The notes under the pieces are model-generated. The model did not search any database and was not told where the DNA came from. It was given only the letters and a program-made list of their open reading frames with translations. The translations under genes were made by a program, and so were the position numbers. Positions 12,470 through 25,355 of a stretch of DNA of 64,000 bases are shown here, piece by piece (positions within the stretch are counted from its first letter, which is position 1; each line of letters opens with the position of its first letter). Source of the stretch: Hypanus sabinus (lineage: Eukaryota); NCBI RefSeq assembly GCF_030144855.1, contig NC_082713.1:131006001-131070000 (forward strand), read 5' to 3'.

Positions 12470-13950
12470 TTATGATTGATTCAAGGTTGATAAGACTGAA
12501 CCCCTGAGGAGAGCCACTGGCGAGAGCTGCTCCTTGGTCATCTCCAAGGCTGAGATACTTAAAACACTCCAGCGGGTCAACAGCCACAAGGCAGCGGGGC
12601 CGGACAGCACCCCAGGGCGAGTCCTCAAAGCGTGTGCGGAACAGCTGGCTGGTGTGCTGACGGACATTTTTAATCTCCCTCTCTCTCTCTCTCTCTCTCT
12701 TCCCCAGTGTGTAGTGTCCTCCTGTTTCAAATCATCCATCTTTGTCCCTGTACCGAAAAACACCAAGGTAGCATGCCTGAACTCACCTCAATTATAAGCA
12801 AATGTTTTGGGAGACTGGTGAAGGACTATATCTGCCATATGCTACCGCCCACACTGGGCCAACTACTGAAGGAACTGGTCTACCGATGACGCCATAGCCA
12901 CAGCACTACACACCATCCTCACTCACCTGGAGAAGAGGGATGCTGTTCCTGGACTACAGTTCTGCATTCTAAACATAATTCCCTACAGACTTGACAGGAA
13001 GCTCAGAGACCTCGGACTGCATGCTGCCTTGGATCGTCGACAGGTGGGAAGGATGGGCTCCCTCATCTCTGCCCCTGCCCCTCAACACAGGTGCCCCCCA
13101 GGGTTGTCCCGAGTCCCCTCATCTACTCACCTTACTCCCATGACTGTCCTGCCCCACACAGCTCCAATCTGCAGATCAAATTCGCAGATGACACAACTTT
13201 GATCAGCCTTATTTCCTGTGGTGATGAGACAGCCTACGAAGGAGAGGTTGACACTCTGACACAGTAATACCAGGATAATAACCTCTCCCTCAATGTCCAG
13301 ATAACAAAAGAACTGATTGTGGATTACAGAAGGAACAGAGACAGGCTCACTCCAATCAACACCAATGGGTCTGCAGGTGAGAGGGTGAGCAGTTTCAAGT
13401 TCCTCAGTATGCACATCACCAATGGTCTCACCTGGACTGTACACACCGGCTGTGTGGCAAAAAAAGCACAATGGTGTCTCTTCCATCTCAGGCGACTGAA
13501 GAAGTTCAACATGGGCCCCCAAATCCTCAAGACCTTCTATAGGGGCACAATTGAGAGCATCCTGACTGGCTTTATCACCACCTGGTACAGGAACTGCACC
13601 AACCTTGATCACTGGGTGCTGCAGAGAGTGCTACAGACAGCACATTGCATCTGTGGATGTGAACATCCCCCCATTGAGGATACTTACAGCAACAGGTGCG
13701 TAAAGAAGGCCTGGAAGATCATTGGGGACACCAGTCACCCCAACCATGAACTGTTTCAGTTGCTTCCGTCTGGCAAACAGTACTGCAGCATTAAAGCCAG
13801 GAACAACAGTCTATGGGACAGTTTCTTTCTACAAGCCATAAGACTTATAAATTCACAAGTCTGTACATTGCGACAGAGTCATAACACAAAGATTTTTACT
13901 CCCTCACGTTGTGGGATGGATGTAAGATTTAAATAAATAAATTCAAATTC
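12470..13950 (+). mobile_element. Rex1/Babar LINE, 5'-truncated, frameshifted RT
   Basis: [34 protein letters not shown]; [12 protein letters not shown]; KFADDTT (aaattcgcagatgacaca); ORF 13319..13936 C-terminal region; tail aaataaataaattcaaattc. Confidence 0.9.
12679..12700. repeat. (CT)n microsatellite expanded inside the Rex1 RT
   Basis: ctctctctctctctctctctct where the element normally encodes a short LSL stretch. Confidence 0.85.
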
Positions 13951-14819
13951 ATAGTCCATGGAAAGGTTGACAAGGTTGACTAGGGCAGCTGAAAGTCCTG
14001 TCTCCATTAGAGAGGCAGAACCAGTCTATGCATCACTCACACCTTCTCACTGTTATCACCTGGATAACGCATGCTGTTGACTTGACATGAAAGATCAGAG
14101 TACACTGCCATTTTTGTTCTCATCCCCTTAACAGCAAAAGTGAGGATTAGTGATTCCACCATGAACAAGATCAGTATGGATGACAATTCACCAAGACATG
14201 AGCTGAGAGCTGTTGAGAAACTTAACAGTAAGGAATAAGTAATGACATATGATCTGCAATAGCTCCAGCCAAATAGGTAACCACCTATAAACAGTCCAAT
14301 GGGATTTTTGAGACCAATCTCCAGACATTCATCTGAACTTTAGGATCTAAACATAATTCTGTGTCATGTTTGATGGAGCCCACACTCATCCTCCATCCTA
14401 TAGTCAACTTAAAATAAAGGTAGGTGGAGAAGACCAGTATTTTTATCACTGTTTTCGTCAACTGACATGGACTGAGAAATAGAACAAACAATTCGGTTGT
14501 CAGGGGTTCAGGATCAGGTATAATCTTGGAACTGCAGACTAGGTCACATCACCAAACACCTTTTATCAGCTGGATCATGTGTCTTCTGGTGCTCTTTCAC
14601 CTGCCACTATTAAAAGACCAAGGTAGGCACCATGACTTGCAATGCACTTGCATTTGTAAATGATCTGACAGTGATTCTGGGCTAAACTGAAAGACAACAA
14701 AAGAAATTGCAACTGTCACGCAGTCAGGAGATCACAAGGGATCTTGCCATATTTCCTGTGATTTCTCACTGTTGAAATGTCGGAAAGACAGAAATGGACT
14801 ACGTGATTATTCAATACTG

Positions 14820-15010
14820 GTGTAAAATCAGAAAATGCTGGCAGCACTCAGCAGGTTGGGAACATTTGCAGAGAAAGAAACAGAATTGTTATTTCAGGTT
14901 GGAGACTTTTCAAAAGAACTGTATTTTCCTCTCTCCAAATTCCGTGCCCATCCTGCTGGGTATTGTCAGTAGTTTCTACTTTTATCTCAAATCTGCAGCA
15001 TCTGTGGATT
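14820..15010. mobile_element. Old inverted pair of Penelope pLTR fragments
   Basis: cagaaaatgctggcagcactcagcagg... followed by ...cctgctgggtattgtcagtag...cagcatctg in the opposite orientation. Confidence 0.55.
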
Positions 15011-15059
15011 TTTTTTGTGTATTATTTATGTGCTGCAAAACAACCTGATGGGATGTGCC

Positions 15060-15522
15060 CTCTAAATGGTTGCATCACCTTCTTGTAAGGAAGGGCCACT
15101 CACTGCACAGGATCAGAAAAAAAAAAGCTGCAGAGGGTTGCAAATTCAGCCAGCTCCATCATGGGTACTAGCCTTCCCACCATCAAGGACATCGTCAAAA
15201 GGCTATGCCTCAAAAAGCCATCATCTATCAATAAGAACCCCACCACCCAAAACATGTCCTCTTCGCATTACAGGTAGAAGAGCCTGAAGATACACAGTCA
15301 ATGTTTTAGGAACAGTCAATGGCTTCTTCTCCTCTGCCAACAGACTTCTGAATGGAGAATGAACCCATGAACACTAACTCACTATTTTTGCTCTCATTTA
15401 TTTTTTTACTGTCTAAATTTGTTATTGTAATTTATAGTATATTTAATGGATTGCACTGACTGCTGCCACAAAACAACAGATTTCACGGCACATGTGAGTG
15501 ATAATAAACCTGATTCTGATTT
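15060..15522 (+). mobile_element. Rex1/Babar LINE 3' fragment
   Basis: gcacaggatcagaaaaa..gctgcagagggttg; UTR ending gtgataataaacctgattctgatt, identical to the tail at 36259-36283. Confidence 0.75.
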
Positions 15523-15974
15523 AGTTGAGAGCTAAAAATAGGCGATTGATCCCTGCGTTGTGTTGCATACCCTGAAAGTGGTCTGTCTTGCAATTTTTCA
15601 TAACACAAAGCCACGTCAGCTATGAATACATTTAAAAATGTGAACTTAAAGAAAGTAAATTTTGCATTTATTCATTTACTCCTCTCATCAATTATGTTTC
15701 TTATTAATCTTTCTCTTCATTAATTTTATTCTGTACCTCAAATTTTAGGTAGATATTTGTTAATCCACTAAGCACGTATTTCCATTACTCAATGCCCATA
15801 GCGCATAAGTTGTCTGTATTGCCAAGTAGTAGTAGAGCAAAGCCACTTGCTAATTGCTGTGCTATCTTTTATGGGCATCTAGGTGAAGAATGCAATATTC
15901 AGTTTCAAAGACAAATGTTTCATTTCTAACAGTGACTTTCATTGAACTTAACATTTAGAAAATGGAAGTTAACT

Positions 15975-16425
15975 TTTAGAAAACATAGAAAGCCTACAGC
16001 ACAATACAGACCCTTTGGCCCACAATGCTGTGCCGAACATGTACATACTTTAGAAATTACCTAGGGTTACCCATAGCCTTCTATTTTTCTAAGCTCCATG
16101 TACCTATCCAGGAGTCTCTTATAAGATCCTATCATATCCGCCTCCACCACTGTCGCCAGCAGCCCATTACATGCACTCACCATTCTGCGTATAAAAAAAT
16201 ACTTACCCCTGACATCTCCTCTGTACCTACTCCCCAGCACCTTAGAACTCTGCCCTCTCATGCCAGCCATTTCAGCCCTGGGAAAAAGCCTCTGACTATT
16301 CACATGATCAATGCCTCTCATCATCTTATACACCTCTATCAGGTCACCTCTCATCGTCCGTTGCTCCAAGGATAAAGGCCGAGTTCAGTCAATCTATTCT
16401 CGTAGGGCATGCTCCCCACTCCAGG
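15975..16425 (-). mobile_element. CR1 (HER1-like) LINE 3' end
   Basis: ORF 16067..16369(-) reads LEQRTMRGDLIEVYKMMRGIDHVNSQRLFPRAE...RRMVSACNGL. Confidence 0.85.
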
Positions 16426-16989
16426 CAGCTATGAAGAAAAAGAGGGAAAAGTTTATATGCACAAATTTCGCCATCACCTTTTACATCAGTGTCATGTGTT
16501 TTATCCTCAGAAGTCACTTATATTCAATCCAAAAGGGGTTGCAAAACTGTACTGAATATTTTTGAAAATGGATGCTTTGAATATAACATACTGTAGGCAA
16601 CATAATCACTGCAAGACCTCAACAAAATAATGAAACTTATTCATGGCTTTAACAGTATTTCCATTAAATTAATGAATTGCCCAGCTAATTTACTTCATAT
16701 TGCCAGTGAAGACATATGTTGTAAGTCATGCACTTAACTCATTAGTTTAATACAAACGGCATGTTAATAAATCTTAAAAGTTATGCACTGAGTATAAAAA
16801 TATCCTAGCAATGTAGCTCAATTTATTCTCAACCATTAAGTAGGAGAAATTAAATGTAGTGATGCAGAACTGGGGTGCCTAGAGGATAACATGAAATGGT
16901 TAGTGTCGACTGCTAATCCTGAGATCAGTTTTTACCACATAATGTAGAATACTTTCAGTTTCCCAGAGCCATGGTCCTCAGTCTAAGCA

Positions 16990-17305
16990 GCTTTGGGGCA
17001 GCTGATAAAACTGCTGTCTCAAAGCTCCAGTAACCCAAGTTCAAATCTAACATTTGCTACTGTCCATGTGGAGTGTGCATGCTCTCTGTGTGACCACATG
17101 GGTTTTCTCCAGGTGTTACAGCTTCCTCCACAGTCCAAAGACCTGAATTGGTCAATTAATTGTCCACTGCATGTCGGTGTGTGGTAGAATTGGATGAGGG
17201 GGTGATGATGGGAATGTGGGGAGAATAAAATGAAATTGGTGTGGATCGGTGTTTGATTGTCAGAATGGACTTGTTGGCCAAAGGGCTTGTTTCTGTGATG
17301 TATAA
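16990..17305 (+). mobile_element. V-SINE
   Basis: tgtggagtgtgcatgctctctgtgtgaccacatgggttttctccaggtg..cttcctccacagtccaaagac; tail tggccaaagggcttgtttctgtg. Confidence 0.75.
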
Positions 17306-19080
17306 CAATATGGACAATTGGGGAGAAAATTTGGGATTTTAACAGTGATGATACGAAACCAGCAAGGTGCTGCCTCACACCTCTAGTGTTCTTGACCACC
17401 AACATCTGAGGAGTGAAGAAACCATGAAATGGTAAAAACAGGACAGATCTGGTTGAGGAGAGTAAGGTTGGAATCCGAGGGATGTGAACACAGAGGACTG
17501 GAGAGTCATGGAGAGAAGAATGGTGGAAGCAGAGTACAGAAGAATGCACAACCAGTAATTCTGGTACTTTGAGATCTTCACCCAACATTCATTATCCACA
17601 TGCCTTCACCCCTGCAACTTTACATTTAAGGTAACTGAGCACACATTTCCTTTGTTTTTAGTGTGCGAATGTTCGCCTGTTAAGTTCAAATTGCTAAAAA
17701 AGAATCTTTTTTGCAAAATTGCACAGATTACATGTTTCATTCTGTCTAGTTCGTTGTGCTTCCACCCTGTGCTTGGCTTTAGAAAGTAGCTTCTTTGGAA
17801 TTTGAATCTGTGTTAATGGAGTGTAGTTTCCAGAGTATCTCATTAGCACACAACAGATCATAACTAGGTTCAAGCAAATGTAAACCTGATAAAAAGAACA
17901 TAGTCCAGGACAAGAAGCAAGCTCATGGAATACTTCCTTAAAATTTGTTTCAATTAAAATTTAAATTCATAAAACCAAGATTATAAGCAATAAACAAAAA
18001 CTGAGAAATATACTAAACTCCCTAAGAAAAATTAATTGAACACATTGTGCCATTGGGTTGAGCTGGAAATATAGAACCTGCACAATGTAAAAAAAAGTGC
18101 CTTTCAAAAACCTAATGAGAGCAGTGGATGTTTGCAAAGAGACTCTTGAATTACCAGAGGAAATTTGGGTGGAAGTGGGAGGATGGTGGGTGTTAAGTTT
18201 ATCGACTAGGAAAGTAGAAAGTTTTTTTATACTTTTGGTCAAAAATTGTCAAATGTTCCAAGGAAATTTGCGAAATGTTGAGAGCAAAAATTTGTCTTGG
18301 AATTCAGTGTGTTAATCAAGTTTATAATCCCTTCATTTCTCTGCAATTTACTAATGTAATTGATGTTAGTCTTTTTGGATGCTCTCGACTTCCCTTCTGT
18401 GAACCACCTGGCCAGATAACCCAGATGTGAGTGAACACCTTACTATTATCAAAACTAATCTATTGCAAAATTGTTTACAGATAGCAGTGGATAATAGTGC
18501 TTGGAACCCCACCGGATCCAATTACTGCTTATGTAGCTGTATCCCCCAGATTAGCTGCACCAACTAGTGTGAGCAACACCTTCTGCTCCTTGTGGCCACC
18601 AAGCCATTTTGTAACACTAACACCATCTGATAATTTTCCAATATTGAGTATTAGGTGAACTACCTTTTAGACAAATGGTTAGACCCAAACATCTTGCTGA
18701 CAACCTCTGTAGTCCAGCCTCTGACAATAGCTCTTATATTTATGAAGTCTGTAAATTATTAGCAGAAGATTTGGCACATTGCTTTCCTCCTCACAGTAAG
18801 GATCCAACTGTATTTTCTGCAAGATACCCTGCAGATAATTAATCAATGGAGATTCTTGCTGCAGATGTCTCATTGGCTGCTACATACACAATAGATCCCT
18901 GAGGCATCTTCGATTTACTCATTGTTTTCATTTGAGAAGAATTCATAGAAAACATCTGTTGTCCTCTGATCTTTCTCATGACTTCTATCCTACACATCTC
19001 TGAAAAACAAACACACCCGCACTGGGCGTCTGTTCTTCAACAATTTGTCTTGCTTCTTGCATAATTAATAAGAAATCTAG

Positions 19081-19712
19081 TGTATTGTGTATTTAATACT
19101 TCTGTAACATTTGAGTAACATTGTAAATATATTGTTTGATTAAGCATTTATTGTTTAAATAATTCATTACGTATTATATCTTAAAGCACATGAATGGCAT
19201 ACGTCATTACACCACCAAGTCATAAGTGCATGCTTTACTAAAGTAAAATCAAACTAGACATGTTTATCCTTGGCTTTTTCTTTCAATTAGTTTTTGGAGT
19301 TACAAAACATAACAGTGCCGATGACTAAGTTTTAAAACAAACCCAAGATGATTACCTATCTGTTGAAGTGCAGTGAAGCGATCAAGTACAAAAAAACTCA
19401 TACATTTTTATTTCTTTGCAAAAAGATCAGACAGTTGACTTTTTTAAAAAAAAGCAGGAAACAGACAACCTTCATGGATTCATAAACATTGAGTACCAGG
19501 TGATAATACAAATACATTTAAAAAAGGCAGAAATGACTGGCTGCATTGGAAAGTTAGATGGAGGCTGAAGGATTTCTTTCCAAGGTTGAGTGGTGCCCGT
19601 GGGCAATGGCAGTGATCCCAGTAGCCAAGAAGGATGGGTCTGTCAGGATCTGTAGTGATTTTAAGGTTACCATCAACCCAGTACTATAAGTACTGTAGAT
19701 CAATACCCTCGA
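19081..19712 (+). mobile_element. Internally deleted Gypsy (Mag-like) remnant: 5' LTR, decayed PBS, gag start, RT fragment
   Basis: LTR-like stretch ending cataaca (19314); tgccgatgac resembles a TGGCGACGAG PBS; MTGCIGKLD is joined to EAEG..SKVEWCPWAMAVIPVAKKDGSVRICSDFKVTINPVL...DQYP. Confidence 0.7.
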
Positions 19713-19824
19713 GTGCACATGTCAGAAGCAAACAAGAATACAGCCCATCTGACACCTCCTTCCCTGCATATGGCAGATTCCCTCGGTCATCCCAGGATTC
19801 ACAGAGCTGGAGTCATTCTTCATC

Positions 19825-20390
19825 CACAAAGTTGAGTTTATGGTCATTTATACGTGTACACACAGGTGCAACGAGAAACTTACTTGCAGCAGCATCCCGG
19901 GCACAAAAATGTGAATTAACAGCATAAACTGTACAAAATAATGCTAGAAATAAAACAATTCAGACAAAAACAACGATGTCCAATGCCGTGCAAAGTGGCC
20001 AGAGTATGGCTAGACTGAGTTGGTGATTAGAATGGTTGAAGTGTACTAGTTGTTCTTGAACCTGGTCATGTTGGACTTCAGGCTTCTGAACCTGCATCTG
20101 ATGGTAGCCATGGGGTTCGCATGTCATGGAAGTGGGGGATCTTTGGTGATAAATGGTGCCTTCTTGAGACAGTGCCTCATGTGGATAACACTGAAGGTGG
20201 GGAGGGATATGTTAGTGAAGTACTGGGCTGAGTCGACTGCTCTCTGAAGCTTCTTATGCTTCTGCACCTTCATATTGCCATGAAGCAATCGGTCAGGATT
20301 CTTTCATCTGTAGAAGTTTGTTGGAGTGTTCATTGACGTGCTGAATCTCTTTAAACTTACAACAAAGTAAAGATGCTGAGGCACTTTCCT
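19825..20390 (-). mobile_element. Rex1/Babar LINE 3' fragment
   Basis: gttcttgaacctggtcatgttggacttcaggcttctgaacctg is the reverse complement of the RFRSLKS..TRFKN motif. Confidence 0.65.
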
Positions 20391-21524
20391 GAGGGACTGC
20401 CTAAGAAAAGATGTGGAAAAAAAGACTAGTCAACTCCTTAGGGTGCCAAGGCCCAGTCTAGGAAACAACTGACATCATACAGAGCCTATCTCCTACAGCA
20501 GCAGCAGTGACTGGACAGCATTAGTTGAATTCAGAATCAGTCAAAAGCCAGCAATTTGTTCCATAGGTCATCGTATTCACTGAATTCCTCACAGCTAACT
20601 TTAGCTCTGACCTTACAAAACTTGTGAGTGTGGACCCCCCCCCCCCCGATCTTCCATTTGAAACACTTTGTTATGCAAACATAAATTAATCCCTTCGTCA
20701 TCCAGCTTGAAGCACTTGTAAAGCGACATCTCTCTGAAGTATAGAGACCCGGCTTTTTGAGCTTGCTTGAGTAACCTAGATGCTTTAGATGGGGTATTAA
20801 TCTTGCAGTTCCCCGCTGCATCTGTATCAACTGCTCAGCATCACTCACTGTGTAATGTGATCAAAACTGGATGCAGTGTTCTACAGAGACCTGCAGGAGC
20901 TCATCCTCTCGGCTGAAATAGTAGCTTTAAGTATAATGCTTATTGCTTTGAAAAGATACACCAGAATCTTACTCACTCTAGCTATTCCTTTATATTCTTG
21001 ATGTTCCTGTGACTTACTTTTTACTTATTATTTAGCAAAGTGTTTAATTTACATCAGTTTTGCACCCTGGAGGGACAATTGGATTCCTGCCAGGCACATC
21101 TACAACAGACCTCACAGCAGCTGGGGAGAGTTTACCACAGCAAAGTGCCCCTCATGTGCAGGTGAGTGGTGGAATCTGGGAGAATATGAGAAGAATAAAA
21201 ACCAGTATAAAAGCATAAGACATAGGAGCAGAATTGGGCTATTTGGCCTGCCAACTAGTGTAGATTGGTGCCTAAGGGTCCTGTCCTGCCAAATTGCACT
21301 CTCGATGCTGCCTGGCCTGCTGAGTTCCTCCAGCATTTTGTGGGTGTTGCACGGATTTCCAGCACCTGCTGATCTTCCCTTGTATGTGAGTAGACTGGTG
21401 CTTAGTGGTCAGCATGGTCTTGATGGGGTGTAGGGCCTGTTTCTGTGCTTTCTGGCTGCTTCTGAAATGAGGTGATCAGCAAACCGAGTATTGAAAATCA
21501 AGTGGGCTGGCATGTGGGAAAATA

Positions 21525-21826
21525 AACTCAGTGGTCACTTTATTAGCTATACCTGTACACCTGCTCCTTTATGTAAGTATCTAATCAGCCAATCATGTGG
21601 CAGCGACACAGTGCATAAAAGTATGGAGAGATGGTCAGTTGTTTACACCAAACATTAGAATGGGGAAGAAGTGCAATTTAAGTGACTTTGACTGTGGAAT
21701 GATTGTTGGTGCCAGACAGGGTGGTGTGAGTACCTCAGAAACAGCTGATCTTTAGGGATTTTCACATACGATGGTCTCTAAATTTTACAGAGAACTGTCA
21801 GAAAAACAAAATAAACCATCTAGTGA
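21525..21826 (+). mobile_element. Tc1-like DNA transposon, left TIR and transposase N-terminus only
   Basis: TA + aactcagtggtcactttattagctatacc TIR; ATG at 21660 gives MGKKCNLSDFDCGMIVGARQGGVSTSETADL*GFSHTMVSKFYRE (paired-like HTH). Confidence 0.8.
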
Positions 21827-23609
21827 CAGTGGACACATTTATGGTTGCTGCATTTTTCCAACAGTACAACAGTGAATGCATATAAAAGATTCTATATTTC
21901 CTGTTTGAAAGGTTGTAAATAGTGTTACATAAATCCAAAATGATTTGTTTGATTTTTCTTGTATTTGGTGGGGATCTGCTGCTCTGATCCTCCACCTGAG
22001 TAATTTATTATCAGGATTAAAGACACCATTCAATTGTAATTGATATTATGTGATTTTGATTTTTTTAACTAATAATTTTTAAGCTATTTACAATAAATTT
22101 TACCAGGTTTCAAATAGCAGAGCCATTTCAAGGTGCTAAAATTCCACGCCAGCTTTGCTTTCTATACTGAAGATGGATGTCAGCACTGTAATGACTGAGA
22201 TCTAGTTACGGCAGGCCTGTTATATCCGGGGTTGAGACACCTCTGAAATTCCACATATGGATCGGAACGGTTAACAAATGTGAGGAAAGAGTGCATGTGG
22301 TGAGTTCAGATTGTGGCATGGATCAAAAATGGCTTCCTGGGCATTTTAGATTAGAATTCCTTTTCCCGAATGCTGTTGCAGTATCAGGCTCTTTCATTCA
22401 AAATCCTTCTGTGCATGATACATTCTTGAAAGCTTTTGGACTGATTGGAGCAGAAAATGGAGCATTTTTCTGAGATGACAATTAAGTCAAAGAGTAATTC
22501 CTCCCTTTGTATACCTAACAGGAATATGATTCGTGACTAAATGATTTCAAATAAATGGAGAATATTCCATTCTTTGGGATGTTGCTCTTCATTTTGACCC
22601 AAGTAAAACTCCTCCCCAGAAGTTATTTTGGTCAATACGTGGTTTACCATTAGAACATTGATGTGGTGTTGTCCTTGGCCAATACAGTTGTTTTTCAGAT
22701 GCAAGTGGGGAAAAAAATGTAATGCTCTCCACTGCCCCACACACTGGCCAGAGTCTGCAACTACAACTTCAATGCAAAAAACCGGCAAATTCAAAGTTAA
22801 ATCTTGACAAAAAGAATCCCGAAATTGACAACATGATGTTTGAAAGGAAGTGTGCAGAGCACAGATTTTTAATGGCCTGCAGATTCTGGCATTCTGTGAA
22901 GCTGTTGCTGCACTGACAAATCCATGAGACTTTACAGTTGCTTTCAAGGAAGTATGAATGGGATGAATTGTAAAAACCTGTTTTTAGTTACTGTTGCTTT
23001 CAGAGTGACTGAAAAGCACCAGTTACATTCAGTTGTAGGAAAGAGCTCTTGGCTGTAGTTCAAGATACATTTCCCACTACACTGGTAATTATGGGACACC
23101 ACTAATGAAATGAGGCTCTCTGGTTGGGTTGGTACCTAATGTTGTATAATACGTACTCTCTCAAGCCAACAGCTATGTGACATAACCATTTTCCTGATGG
23201 TGTGCTGCAGTCTTCAGATTAAAACATTGTGATCAACATCATCTGTGCTCTGAATCTATGACAATATAACACACCAAGCAGAGTGCCCAGAAAGAAAGAC
23301 AGGCTTGTACTCTTGGCTGCTCTTATACTCAGATTAAAATACATCCTCTTATGACATTTAATCATTCTTTGTTTCTCTTAATTGATTGAAATGTTATGCT
23401 TAAATTGGCAGAACATTGCCTTGAGATTCCAGGCTCACGAGTTTAAATGACAAATCCCTCTAGTTGCTCTTGTTTATCTCCAGCATGCCATTTTCCAGCT
23501 GGATACTCCAGTCTGAAGCCAGACAGTTCCAGTGTTTGTCTAATTCCCACTACTTCCCAGCATGGACGATTGTGGCCTGTTCCACATAACCTGAGTCTTA
23601 GAGTCAGGC

Positions 23610-23800
23610 TATCCAGTTTAGACACTAATCTCATGTTACCTCCATTTTATTTGTCCCACAATCCCATCAACTCCCCACAGATTCTAACACTCGCTAGCAC
23701 CAATTTACTGTGAACAATTAACTTACCAACCTCCATCTCTTTGGGATGTGGGAGGAAAGTGGGACACACTGGGGAAACCAATGTGGTCACAGGGGAACTG
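23610..23800 (-). mobile_element. V-SINE fragment
   Basis: tctttgggatgtgggaggaaagtgggacacactggggaaaccaatgtggtcacagggg is the reverse complement of the V-domain. Confidence 0.65.
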
Positions 23801-23829
23801 GAGTTGGAGTTGGTTTGTTATTGTCACAT

Positions 23830-24786
23830 GCACTGGAGGACTCTATTTGCAAGTTTATGGAGAACTGAAAGATTGTAAATATCTCTCCGCACTTTAAGAA
23901 GGGAGGGAGGCAGAAGAAAGGAAATCATAGGCTAGTTAGCCTGACATCAGTAGTTGGGAAGATGTTGTCCATTACTAAGGATGAGGTTTAGGGATTCTTG
24001 CAGGAACAAAGCAAAATACAAAGTCAGCATGGTTTCCTTAAGGGGAACACTTGCCTGACAAATCTTGGAATTCTTTGAGGAAACAACAAGCAAGATGTAC
24101 AAAGGAGAGCCAGTGAATGTTGTTTGCTTAGATTTTCAGAAGGCCTTTGATACGGTGCCATTCATGAGGCTGTTTAACAAAAAAAAAGAGAGTCCATGGG
24201 TATTACGGTGAAGATGCTAGTATGGATAGAAGATTGGCTGACTAGCATGAGGTAAAGTGTAGGAATTAAGGGGGCCTTTTCTGGTTGGCTGTCAGTGACT
24301 GGTGGTGTTCAACAGGGGTTGGTGTTGGGACTAATTTAGAAGAATGAAGGAGGACCTCATTGAAATCTTTTGAATATTGAAAGTTCTGGATAGAGTGGAT
24401 GTGGGGGAGATGTGGGTGAGTCCCGAAACAAAAGGGCACAACATCAAACCAAAGGGATGTCCATTTAGAACAGAGAAGAGGAGGAATTTCTTCAGCCAGA
24501 GCCATCAAACGCTCCTCATGTGTTAACTCTTCATTCCCTGAATCATTCTCATGAACCTCTAGCACATCATTTCTTAGATAAGGGACCCAAAACTGCTCAC
24601 AATACTCCAAGTGCAGTTTGACCAATGCCAATACTATATACTGTGAAAAGAAGTAGTCCCAACACCAACCCCTGTTGAACACCACCAGTCACTGACAGCC
24701 AACCAGAAAAGGCCCCCTTAATTCCTACACTTTACCTCATGCTAGTCAGCCAATCTTCTATCCATACTAGCATCTTCACCGTAATA
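23830..24786 (+). mobile_element. Rearranged CR1 RT fragment containing an inverted duplication
   Basis: CR1 RT motifs (ataggctagttagcctgacatcag; cagcatggtttccttaagggg; ttagattttcagaaggcctttgat). Segment 24500-24786 is in the opposite orientation. Confidence 0.85.
24201..24786. repeat. Perfect 133-bp inverted repeat (arms 24201-24333 and 24654-24786, 320-bp spacer)
   Basis: Base-by-base comparison by eye found no mismatch between tattacggtg...gttgggacta and the reverse complement of tagtcccaac...caccgtaata. Confidence 0.95.
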
Positions 24787-24789
24787 GTG

Positions 24790-25355
24790 CGTTGAGGTCA
24801 TACAAGGTAAAGTAACAGAATGCAGAATAAAGTGCAACAGCTACAGAGAGGGTGCAGGACAGGTAGACAATAAGGTGAAAGATCATAATGAGGTAGATTG
24901 TGAGGTCAAGAATCTGTCTTATCATACTGGGGAATTGGTCAGTTTTTTTTTAATAACAGCAGGAGATAAGCTGTCCTTCAGTTTTTGTGTCATTTGCCAG
25001 AAGAGAAGCGGGAGAAGAGAGATTGTTCAGAGAGTGTGGGTTCTTTACTGAGACCATGAAAAGTACAGACAGAGTTTGTGGAGGGAAACTTGGTTCATGT
25101 GATGTGCTGAACTGTGTCCATAACTCTCTGAAATATCTTGCGTTCACGGGCAAAACAGTTACCATACCAAGCCATGATACATCCAGACTGGAAGCTTGCT
25201 GTGGTGCATCAGTAAAATCTGTAAAGGGTCAACAGGGGCATGCCAACATTTTTAGCCTCCTGAGGAAGCAAAGGCAATGGTGAGCTTTCTCAGCTCTGGC
25301 ATCTTTAAGGCTGTTGGTGATATTCACTCCTAGGAGCTTTAAAGCTCTCAACCTG
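24790..25355 (-). mobile_element. Old Rex1/Babar LINE fragments
   Basis: ORF 25229..25462(-) reads LKLLGVNITNSL..AEKAHHCLCFLRRLK. Confidence 0.6.

Noticed and set aside
13127-13612. 161-aa minus ORF resembling the 125-aa ORF at 154..531, suggesting a gene family
   Set aside because: Both are antisense frames of the same Rex1 LINE family.
17019-17588. 189-aa ORF on the minus strand
   Set aside because: Its 3' half is the antisense of a V-SINE and it has no recognisable domain; likely a chance ORF.
17490-17636. Open + frame ending at AAG|GTAACT
   Set aside because: No convincing acceptor and the peptide is unrecognisable.
22537-22947. 136-aa ORF on the minus strand
   Set aside because: No homology I can recognise, no canonical ATG start, no splice support.
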